Assembly (NCBI GenBank): GCA_964425555.1
Contig: CAYRNA010000001.1
Location: forward strand, 21,936-85,935
DNA length: 64,000 bases
From: an uncultured Spirochaetales bacterium
Lineage (GTDB): Bacteria; Spirochaetota; Spirochaetia; SP-2023; CAYRNA01
Reading direction: 5' to 3'
The stretch's first letter is position 1. Every line of letters begins with the position of its first letter. Below the pieces are notes generated by a model, which was given only the letters and a program-made list of their open reading frames with translations, was not told the DNA's origin and made no database searches. Positions 56,357-64,000 of the stretch are shown here, in pieces. The translations under genes and the position numbers were made by a program.

Positions 56357-57027
56357 AAGAATATATGAATAATCGCCCACTGTGGATTATTGTTTCGACC
56401 ACTTTTTTACTTCTTTTTTTTACGGTAACGGCTTCGTTGATGTACGTAAAATCTCCAACAAGAGCAGAATACACATTTAAAACAACAAGCAATTCCATCG
56501 TTCCTAAAGCGAAGTCTCAACCAGCAAGTCCGCTGCCTCCTCTGCCAGTGAGGGAAATTACATCTGATAATGAAACTGAAAGCGATTTGATCGGCCTATA
56601 TTCTTCTGTGATTGCAGACAAAGGTGATGAAAAATCGGGAAATTACGAACTCAAAACGATAGAGCCAGAAGCTCAAAGTATAGAAGATGTAATTCAGCCC
56701 AAAACTAAGCCCAAAGCCAAACCTGTAACCGTTGCAGTCAAGAAAAAGGTTGCGGCTCCTCAACAGAAGAAAGTGAACACATATTGGATACAAACGGGTT
56801 CTTATAAAGAAGAGAGCAGGGCGAAATTAGCCGCCGAAGATTTAGAGCAATACAACATACATGCTTTGATACAGCCCTTTGCCAGTAGTGATAATCAAAA
56901 ATATTATAGAGTAAGAATAGGTGGATTTTTATCTAAAGATGAAGCCACGGGTTTCTTGACCAAAGTGCAACAGATTCAAGGCTTGGATCAGAGCACTATC
57001 ATTCAGTCAGCAACCTACAGAAGCTAA
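56344..57027 (+). CDS. SPOR-domain (peptidoglycan-binding) membrane protein
   Basis: N-terminal TM helix LWIIVSTTFLLLFFTVTASLMYV, a Lys/Pro-rich linker, and the C-terminal SPOR pattern YWIQTGSYKEESRAKLAAEDL...YYRVRIGGFLSKDEATGFLTKV. Confidence 0.7.
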   Translation: MSFMKEYMNNRPLWIIVSTTFLLLFFTVTASLMYVKSPTRAEYTFKTTSNSIVPKAKSQPASPLPPLPVREITSDNETESDLIGLYSSVIADKGDEKSGNYELKTIEPEAQSIEDVIQPKTKPKAKPVTVAVKKKVAAPQQKKVNTYWIQTGSYKEESRAKLAAEDLEQYNIHALIQPFASSDNQKYYRVRIGGFLSKDEATGFLTKVQQIQGLDQSTIIQSATYRS

Positions 57028-58232
57028 TCAACTATCATTCTAGGTACTCTTGCACTTATATTTGTGAGGAGTACGTAGGGCGATATGCCAACCATAAGTG
57101 CAATATTTAATAGCTGTTGCCTTTCTTCGCCCCACAAGCATAAAGCATCTGTGGTCTTGAGATCGTCATCATTTTGCCCCAAATCTACTATCATTTGATC
57201 CATGCATATTTTGCCCCTAATGGGGTATTTTTTTGCGCTGGAAGCTGGACTATTTTCCTGTAAAGCGTAGGCAAAACCCTGATTTGTGAGTTGAATGGGA
57301 TAGCCATCTCCGTAACCTATGCACAAAATTGCTGTGTAAATGTCTGTTTCACTTTTCCACAAATGCCCATAAGAAATGGCATCACCAGAATGCAATTTTT
57401 TCACTTGCTGTATAAAAGCATAGAGTCGCATAACAGGCAATAATTTGTTGCTCACCTTGCCAGTGCCATAACCAAATAATCCCAGACCTAAGCGTGAATA
57501 GCTTGTTAGTTGAGGACACAAAAGTGTGCGACTCAATCCTTTTAAATGCCCCATAGAATTGTTGATATGTAGAGCAACATTGCGTTCTTGTAATTGTGGT
57601 AGATGAGCTTGTAATACCGCATTAAAACTCTCTATTTGTTCTTGGCATTTCTTTGCTACTAGCGCATCATCTTCTAAATCAGCATTGGCGAAATGAGTCG
57701 CTATCGCCTGTAATTGAATATGAGGGTGGGCGAAAATTTTAGCGAGAATCTCAGCAACATCATCAGTACAAAGCCCCAGTCTGTGCATGCCTGTGTCTAT
57801 TTTTAGGTGAACCAATGCAGTCTCGTTCAACTCTTGGGCAATATCTGCAATTCTATTAAAATGATCAAGGGAATAAACAAAGAACTCAATGTTATTTTTG
57901 ATCAGCCACACATATTCTTCATCCGTTGCTGGGCCCATGAGCAAAAGTGTTTTTACATCATATTTTTTTTCTATAAAAATCTTGTGTATAGCAAAAATCT
58001 CATCCACCATCGCAAGGGCATAGCCAACAAAAGGACTGGACTGGGCACTGTATTCGCTTTCATAATTATGCACGAGGTCGACACAAACATCGAGACCATG
58101 ACCGTAGCCATTGGCTTTAATCGCAAAAAAAAACTTTTCCGAGCTAAATTCTGAGAATACATTTACGTTGTGGTTAAACGATTTTTGCGAAAATTCCGCC
58201 TGACAGCGTTGTCCATGATGAGCAATATTCAT
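57024..58232 (-). CDS. alr: Alanine racemase
   Basis: 402 aa. PLP-lysine block FAIKANGYGHG, HLKIDTGMHRLG, THFANAD, ISYG, and the C-terminal ISPYVLLTNISARVPRMIV. Confidence 0.85.
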   Translation of the reverse strand: MNIAHHGQRCQAEFSQKSFNHNVNVFSEFSSEKFFFAIKANGYGHGLDVCVDLVHNYESEYSAQSSPFVGYALAMVDEIFAIHKIFIEKKYDVKTLLLMGPATDEEYVWLIKNNIEFFVYSLDHFNRIADIAQELNETALVHLKIDTGMHRLGLCTDDVAEILAKIFAHPHIQLQAIATHFANADLEDDALVAKKCQEQIESFNAVLQAHLPQLQERNVALHINNSMGHLKGLSRTLLCPQLTSYSRLGLGLFGYGTGKVSNKLLPVMRLYAFIQQVKKLHSGDAISYGHLWKSETDIYTAILCIGYGDGYPIQLTNQGFAYALQENSPASSAKKYPIRGKICMDQMIVDLGQNDDDLKTTDALCLWGEERQQLLNIALMVGISPYVLLTNISARVPRMIVD

Positions 58233-58288
58233 ATAGTAAATGACTGTGATAAATAGAAATTAATCATACAGCGCTATGCCTGAGCTTT

Positions 58289-60760
58289 CTAGTAAATATC
58301 GATATTGAAGGCAAGAACGAATTTCCACTGCGTACCTAGCGTTGAATCATTTTCAGGATCCCAGTCAATCTCACCATTTTCTTGCACACTAAATTTGTTT
58401 ACAAAGTAAAATGCAATAGGAAACTGAGCCAGACTTAATCTCGGTCCAAAACCAATGGCAAAGCGGTAATCCTGAAGAGTCTGATTCTGAAACTGTTCCT
58501 GTGTCGACCAGAAGCCAACCGCATCAAAAAAGCCATCAAAACTAATCACGCGCGGTACAAGAGGTAACCTTAATTCAAATCTATTGTCCCATAGGTCGGT
58601 TCCATCGGTTTGCTGGTTCCAACCTCGGGCGGTAAAAATACCATCTATGTAAAAACCGTCCAATGAGGCATCAGGAAATTTGTCACTGAAAGGTCTTTGT
58701 CTCAGGTTGGATAAAGCCGATTGGGCAAAAAAGGTGAGTGCAAGACCATAGTTCTCTGTAATTTGCAGGCTAGGAGTTGATACCGCAAAGCCCACACGGC
58801 TAACGGTTTTTAAATATTGTCTGTTTGAATTGTTAGTCAGCCCACCAATTGTAGCAGTTTCACTAATAATAGAACCTCTTGTGGGGTCACTGGGATAATC
58901 TCTGTTATCATAACTCAGAGTCACCGCATAAGAATCATTGAGTTTAAATGTATTGAGGTTTTCAACAATGGTTTGTGAGAGAGGTGTGTAAAGATTAGGA
59001 TCATAAGTGATATAGTCAAAACCAATATTATAGCGATTGACTAAACCCAGTCTTGTCGCCAGCCCCAAAATAGATTTCACCCACGTATATCCTAGGCTCA
59101 TTCCGAAACCGACGTTATAAAGGTTATATTCCATCAAATAATCACTGGGAATGTTCAAGCTCGCATCATAAGCCTCTTGAGTGCTATAAGGATCGGGGAC
59201 ACCGTTACCATCTACATCTTGAACGCCAAATTTTTCTAAAGAGTGATTAAAACTGAGAGAAGTACCAATGAGCCAACGGCTTCCTAAAAACCGCGGTTCA
59301 GTAAAGCCAAGAGAAGCCGATTGAAGATCGGGGTTAACAGTCACCTTAGCATTAAGATTTTGACCTCGTCCCAAAAAGTTGCGCTCCGCCCAAGAAGCCT
59401 GTAAAGAAATGGGGAAATTAGGGCCAGGAGAGTAACTAAGTCCTCCACTGACCTGTGCCGTTTGACCTTCTTCTACATTGATAATTAAGTCCATAAGACC
59501 GGGTTCGCTACCAGGACGTGTATCGGGGGTAACATTACTAAAATATTGAGTACTAAAAAGGGTTTGTAGGCCTTGTATCAAGCTTGTTTGGCTAAAAACT
59601 TCACCTTCTTCAAGAGGAATTTCACGCAATATAACAAAATCTTTAGTTTTAGTATTACCAACAATGGTGATATTCTCTATATGGGCCCTGCCTCTTTCTA
59701 CTATTTCAATAGTATAAGGAATGGTATTTTCAGGATTTTCAGCCAAAGGTGTGAGTGTAATAGTATTGAAAAGATAGCCATCTTCAGCATAAAGACTACG
59801 TATTCTGTTGACATCTGCTTCCAAGCGATTTAGATTTAAAACATCCCCCTCTACCAGAGAAATCTTATTGAGTAATTCGTCTGTTTCAAAGATCACATTT
59901 CCTGTTATCGTAATACCGCCATACAACTTTATTGGACCTTCCTCAACAACAATCACCAAATCGAGAAAATTTTGCTTTTCTTTTTCGGAATAAGAGGTTG
60001 TACGTGCCACATCAACAATATTTATGTCAACATAACCACGTGATTTATAATAATTTTCTATCTTGATTAAGTCTTCTTGTAGAACCGCTTCGTCCAGTAC
60101 GCCAGATTTAAAAAGTCCTTTTGGTGCGGTTGTCATTTCCTTTAGCAAAACTTTAGTTTTAAAACTTGCATTGCCTCTAAAATCTAAAGAACGAAGGATA
60201 AGTTTTTGGTTTTCTACAATTGTAAATTTGACATCTATCTGATTATCTTTTGCCTCTGAAGCAATGATTTCACCAGAAACCGTTACAAGAGGATAGCCTT
60301 TAGCTTTGTAGTAGGCGATGAGGTCTTGAGTTGCGGTGCGTACGTCTCTCTGTGTGATAACGTCACCTTTTTGCAACAAAACTTCTCCAGAGAGTTTCCT
60401 TGAACTAAAACGGCTACTATTGCCAATGAATATAATTTCATTGAGGCTGGGATATTCTGAAACGGTGATATTCAAAATGGTACCGTTGGCAAAGCTCGTG
60501 TCAGTTTCTAAGGCAATTTGTACGAGGTCGAAAAACTCGGTAGCATAAAGCTGATCTCTCAGTTCGTTGACTAGCTCCGTAGAAAATACTTGATTGAGAT
60601 AAGGTCGCAAAATAGGTTCGAGTTCATTCAGAGAAACACCTTGCAAGCCATTGACTCTATAGTCACTCACAATGTTACCTTCAGGCACTTGAGTCTGTCC
60701 TACCAAGCTTAATGCTAAAGACAGAAACATAGAGAGGAGTATAAATTTATTCCATTTCAT
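58289..60760 (-). CDS. bamA: Outer membrane protein assembly factor BamA (Omp85 family)
   Basis: 823 aa. Signal peptide, repeated POTRA-like modules (I..I.F.GN..F....L), and a C-terminal beta-barrel ending in an aromatic residue (FNIDIY). Confidence 0.85.
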   Translation of the reverse strand: MKWNKFILLSMFLSLALSLVGQTQVPEGNIVSDYRVNGLQGVSLNELEPILRPYLNQVFSTELVNELRDQLYATEFFDLVQIALETDTSFANGTILNITVSEYPSLNEIIFIGNSSRFSSRKLSGEVLLQKGDVITQRDVRTATQDLIAYYKAKGYPLVTVSGEIIASEAKDNQIDVKFTIVENQKLILRSLDFRGNASFKTKVLLKEMTTAPKGLFKSGVLDEAVLQEDLIKIENYYKSRGYVDINIVDVARTTSYSEKEKQNFLDLVIVVEEGPIKLYGGITITGNVIFETDELLNKISLVEGDVLNLNRLEADVNRIRSLYAEDGYLFNTITLTPLAENPENTIPYTIEIVERGRAHIENITIVGNTKTKDFVILREIPLEEGEVFSQTSLIQGLQTLFSTQYFSNVTPDTRPGSEPGLMDLIINVEEGQTAQVSGGLSYSPGPNFPISLQASWAERNFLGRGQNLNAKVTVNPDLQSASLGFTEPRFLGSRWLIGTSLSFNHSLEKFGVQDVDGNGVPDPYSTQEAYDASLNIPSDYLMEYNLYNVGFGMSLGYTWVKSILGLATRLGLVNRYNIGFDYITYDPNLYTPLSQTIVENLNTFKLNDSYAVTLSYDNRDYPSDPTRGSIISETATIGGLTNNSNRQYLKTVSRVGFAVSTPSLQITENYGLALTFFAQSALSNLRQRPFSDKFPDASLDGFYIDGIFTARGWNQQTDGTDLWDNRFELRLPLVPRVISFDGFFDAVGFWSTQEQFQNQTLQDYRFAIGFGPRLSLAQFPIAFYFVNKFSVQENGEIDWDPENDSTLGTQWKFVLAFNIDIY

Positions 60761-60857
60761 AACTTTTGGTTATCCTAACTATAAATATTGTATTCACAAA
60801 AATATATCATTTACAATCTACTTGAATATCATATTAACATAGTCTATATAAAATGAC

Positions 60858-60892
60858 AAAAAAATGTAAGACTTAGCTAGAGATATGCTAAG
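60858..60892 (-). terminator. Weak candidate intrinsic terminator after the acyltransferase gene
   Basis: On the minus strand: CTTAGC-9 nt loop-GCTAAG (60892-60872), then a T7 run 7 nt downstream (the complement of the A7 run at 60858-60864). The stem is short and the T-run is spaced away, so confidence is low. Confidence 0.2.
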
Positions 60893-60979
60893 CTATTATA
60901 AATTTATGACTATTATATTCACAAGGATAGAGCTAGAACGAAGTTTTTACTACAATCTAAGAAGTCTTAATATTGAGAC

Positions 60980-61825
60980 CTAACTGATGCTAGTAGGGAT
61001 GGGCTGAGAGACCAAATTCCAATCTGCAAGCTTGTTTGCGATAAAATCAGTACAAAGATCTAATTTCTCTTTACTTGTGCCTTCTAAGAGTTGAGGCCCA
61101 AAAGCAATATGAACCATTTTTTTGGGATCAATCTTACCAAAATCTCTTATCCATTTTCCTACGCCCCAAGCATCCGTTTTAATTGCCACAGGTATACAGA
61201 TAGTGTGGGTTTTTTGTGCCATTTTGATGCCAATGCCCCCAAAATTATCACTATTAAAAATATTATATCTCTTACCTTCGGGGAAAATAATAACAGATCG
61301 TCCTTCCTTCGCTCTTTGCTTGCTCAAATCAAACAGTGTAGCAAAATCTTTCATAGGATTTTTACGACCAAGAGGAATGGCTTTCATTTGTTTCAAGATA
61401 GAACCCAAGAAAGGTATTCTTAAAAGAGACGATTTAATGACAAAAGATACAGGTGTAAAGGGTTTGAGCAGCACAGACAATATTTGCGTTTCCAAAGCAC
61501 TCATGTGATTGCTGACAAAAGAATAAACAGGTTGGCTCTTTGTATCCAGATTATTAAGTCCCTCTATATTGAAACGCATACCATATTTTTCAGCAATTTC
61601 TAACACACTAAAAGAGAGTTTGGAAGAACTGTCTGCAGACCAGCGACCCAAGTAAGACACAATGCCCGATTTAATGATGGTCCCAACGAATTCGACATAA
61701 AATCCCAATTCTCTTGCTACATTAAAACGTGATAAAAACACGGTTTTATTATCTTCTGAGGTTTTATATACTTTTTCTTCTTTCAAATTTGCTAAAAATT
61801 CTGAATATCTTTTATTAAAACGCAT
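60980..61825 (-). CDS. Lysophospholipid (1-acyl-sn-glycerol-3-phosphate) acyltransferase family protein
   Basis: 281 aa. The acyltransferase blocks are FVSNHMSALE (a variant of the HX4D motif) and VIIFPEGKR. Confidence 0.65.
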   Translation of the reverse strand: MRFNKRYSEFLANLKEEKVYKTSEDNKTVFLSRFNVARELGFYVEFVGTIIKSGIVSYLGRWSADSSSKLSFSVLEIAEKYGMRFNIEGLNNLDTKSQPVYSFVSNHMSALETQILSVLLKPFTPVSFVIKSSLLRIPFLGSILKQMKAIPLGRKNPMKDFATLFDLSKQRAKEGRSVIIFPEGKRYNIFNSDNFGGIGIKMAQKTHTICIPVAIKTDAWGVGKWIRDFGKIDPKKMVHIAFGPQLLEGTSKEKLDLCTDFIANKLADWNLVSQPIPTSIS

Positions 61826-61928
61826 AAATATGTCCTTTTAATTTGCTTTTATATATTTTTTAAATATATAACCAGATCTTATAAAAAAATCAAGCGATAT
61901 AAAGTTAAATTACATTTTATTCACACAT

Positions 61929-63125
61929 TTAGAATTCATCTAATAATAATAAATCTTTTTGAGGGGAGTCAAAGAGGAGTAATAACTGCTGAAACAAAAG
62001 CTCTGGTGTCTGTTTTTGCAAGGATAAGAAGAGTGCATCTGTCAATTTCACACAAGCTATAAATAATTGTGAAAATTGCTGTATACTCAAAGTGATCATC
62101 TTATCATCATACGCTTTTTTGATCACTTTTCCATTCTCGATAGAAAACAAGGCATGATTCCACGGGGCATATTCGTCACAAATATTGAGATCCAACTTTA
62201 ACGCATTTTTTTGCTTGCCAAGCAATAATAACAAGGCTTTCTCTACGTTTACGACACGGCTCATCATAGACGCTTGAATCTGATGCGTGGGTATCCACTG
62301 CGACAACCAGTACATCGTGTCATCATTTTGCGGAGCACAAGCCCAACGCATTTTTTTGCTTTGCGCCTTATGCCCATAAATAAAGTTGAAGAAGGCATTG
62401 CGAATTTCAACGTCCGCATAAACCATTTCAACAACTTCAAAAACTTCACCCTTCAGTTGATATTGTATGTAGCCCAACAAATTATCACTTTCATCAAAAC
62501 AACCGTAGAAATACTCTTTGGGATAAATTGATTGTCTGAGTAGTTTTTGCTTGAATGCTAATTCATCTCTTAAAATATAACCGCTATAAGCTTGCATAGA
62601 TTGAGTGTAGCACGAAATGATTTGATCGAGTGATTCCATGCCTATTCGTTTAAAGGCAAAAGCTGATTTCGGAAACCTTAGATGCTCTAAATCTATTTCG
62701 TAGATTTTTTTGGCAAAACTTAATTCCCAACCATAACGTCTATAAAAAGGGTAGGAAAAAGGGGACAAGTATGAAATGAGGTAATCTGCGTTGTCCATTT
62801 CTTTCAGTGCGTGTACCAAGAGAGCTTCTATGCTCCCTTGACTTCTGACTTCGGGGAAGCTCGCAACATCGCAAATACCGCCCATTTTCACGCTCTCACC
62901 GTGGAGCTTGACTCTGTAATCGTGATAACCGACAGTTGAAACAAGCTTGTCTTCTTGCATTGCGCCAAAAAAACGGATGTGAGCAACGTGTTCTTTAAAA
63001 TACAAATCATTGTGTTCCTGCTCATTTACAGAAAAACAATAATCTAACAGTGCTTTGAGATCGTCATTCTCAGAACACTGTTTTAATTCTTTAATGCTAA
63101 AAATATTTTGATTCTTTTTCATCAA
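61929..63125 (-). CDS. Eis-like GNAT acetyltransferase (GNAT plus SCP2-like C-terminal domain)
   Basis: 398 aa. GGICDVASFPEVRSQGSIEALLVHALKEM...YLSPFSYPFYRRYGWE is the pattern of the Eis/COG4552 family. Confidence 0.65.
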   Translation of the reverse strand: MMKKNQNIFSIKELKQCSENDDLKALLDYCFSVNEQEHNDLYFKEHVAHIRFFGAMQEDKLVSTVGYHDYRVKLHGESVKMGGICDVASFPEVRSQGSIEALLVHALKEMDNADYLISYLSPFSYPFYRRYGWELSFAKKIYEIDLEHLRFPKSAFAFKRIGMESLDQIISCYTQSMQAYSGYILRDELAFKQKLLRQSIYPKEYFYGCFDESDNLLGYIQYQLKGEVFEVVEMVYADVEIRNAFFNFIYGHKAQSKKMRWACAPQNDDTMYWLSQWIPTHQIQASMMSRVVNVEKALLLLLGKQKNALKLDLNICDEYAPWNHALFSIENGKVIKKAYDDKMITLSIQQFSQLFIACVKLTDALFLSLQKQTPELLFQQLLLLFDSPQKDLLLLDEF

Positions 63126-63189
63126 TGCTCCCTTTTCTTGTAGTAAAGTGGCCTCGAATCAAATGCCAAAACCACTGTTATCAAATAGA

Positions 63190-63882
63190 TTAATCTGCAT
63201 CAACCTTAATGCCTGATTTTTGCATAAATTTCTTGCCCAGAAATGAAAGTAAAAAGAGGGCAATACCAGCAATTCCAAATTGAACTAACAATTTTGTTAC
63301 AGGTGCACCGCTGACAATTTGACCGGCAATGTAGGCATAGATGAAAGAACCTGGAGCCATACAAATCAATGAGACGATAAAGTAAGATGACACTTTAATC
63401 GATGTCAAACCATAGGCATAATTTTGTATATTGAAAGGGAAAATAGGCACCAAGCGTGTTAAGATGAGAAAACTGATGCCATTGGCTTCAATTCCGTCAT
63501 AAATTTTTTTGAACACCACGTTATTTTCAGCCATAGTTTTAATCTGTGTACCGCCAACGTATCTTGCCAACAAAAATGCGACAGTTGCACCAATGGTAGC
63601 CGAAGTAACGGCAAGAAATCCGCCCAACCAAGGCCCAAAAGTCAGGCCAGCAAGAATGGTCAAGATAGAACCTGGCAAAAGGAAAACGCAGGCAATAATA
63701 ACAATGCCTGCATAAATAGCATAGCCCAAAAAGCCCTGTGATCTGATAAAGCTTTGCAAGACCTGTATATTTTCTATGCTAAGATATTTTAGCCATCCTA
63801 ATTGCTTTGCGATTAAAACAACAACAGCGATGATGACAACGAGAACCAGAGGCTTCAGCCATTTATTTTCTTTTTTTTCCAT
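63190..63882 (-). CDS. TVP38/TMEM64 (DedA-related, SNARE-associated) family membrane protein
   Basis: 230 aa, multi-pass. Contains LPGSILTILAGLTFGPWLG and RLVPIFPFNIQNYAYGLT. Confidence 0.75.
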   Translation of the reverse strand: MEKKENKWLKPLVLVVIIAVVVLIAKQLGWLKYLSIENIQVLQSFIRSQGFLGYAIYAGIVIIACVFLLPGSILTILAGLTFGPWLGGFLAVTSATIGATVAFLLARYVGGTQIKTMAENNVVFKKIYDGIEANGISFLILTRLVPIFPFNIQNYAYGLTSIKVSSYFIVSLICMAPGSFIYAYIAGQIVSGAPVTKLLVQFGIAGIALFLLSFLGKKFMQKSGIKVDAD

Positions 63883-63909
63883 ATCTATTTTTTTCCTTGT
63901 GAGTAATGC

Positions 63910-64000
63910 TTATTCCCAGAGTGATTCTAAAGTTTGCGGTCGTTTACAAGCATTTTTATAATATTTATAACGTGCCGCATTTGTTCTGTAGTAATTTTGA
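63910..64000 (-). CDS. 3' end of an unidentified gene that starts beyond the window
   Basis: The minus-strand frame is open from the window edge to TAA (63910-63912), giving ...QNYYRTNAARYKYYKNACKRPQTLESLWE*. It is too short to identify. Confidence 0.3.
   Translation of the reverse strand, partial: QNYYRTNAARYKYYKNACKRPQTLESLWE

Noticed and set aside
58125-58133. A9 run (T9 on the coding strand) just upstream of the PLP-lysine codon of alr, considered as a possible frameshift or pseudogene site.
   Set aside because: The reading frame is intact across it (EKFFFAIKANGYGHG) and the full-length Alr motifs follow.
1-64000. Looked for CRISPR arrays, tRNA/rRNA genes, transposases, integrases, prophage genes and long non-coding gaps.
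   Set aside because: I saw no repeat-spacer periodicity, no tRNA-like T-arm motif (GGTTCGAATCC type) and no recombinase-like ORFs. All gaps over 200 nt are divergent or convergent regulatory regions. This was a by-eye scan only, so small RNAs cannot be excluded.

Overview
This is an AT-rich bacterial chromosomal window, dense with genes, and it appears to include the replication-origin neighbourhood. dnaA sits at 12453-13868. Every gene to its left is on the minus strand and most genes to its right are on the plus strand. Gene content suggests a diderm, spirochaete-like organism, which is inference only. The supporting genes are a long-form PPi-dependent phosphofructokinase, the TlyC/CorC - YbeY - 7TM-HD membrane protein trio, a long Prs, three Maf/DUF115 flagellin-glycosylation-type proteins, BamA, and lipoprotein signal peptides. 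Most of the window is housekeeping: recC (partial, absent from the ORF track), recD, adk, pfp, oppBCDF, kdgK-eda, prs, pgm, coaE, alr, bamA and plsC. I saw no rRNA, tRNA, CRISPR array, transposase or integrase. The most unusual locus is a head-to-tail triplication at 22989-33151 of ~1,090-aa predicted lipoproteins. They are colinear over their whole length, end in canonical RCC1 (beta-propeller) repeats, and diverge most in internal segments. Copies 1 and 2 carry a duplicated promoter/inverted-repeat module. Other points worth a second look:
- an atypical dnaA context, with no dnaN; instead dnaA is tightly packed with an HD dNTPase-like gene and a MazG-like gene
- no obvious DnaA-box cluster upstream of dnaA
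- a yaaA gene whose conserved N-terminus is only encoded if translation starts at a non-ATG/GTG/TTG codon
- a crtN-crtM-type carotenoid pair embedded by overlapping codons in a prs...rqcH-like operon
- recD separated from recC, possibly leaderless, and translationally coupled to an unknown membrane protein
- a three-gene operon of unknown function at 15766-19357
All calls rest on reading the supplied translations and the DNA by eye. No searches or computations were run.
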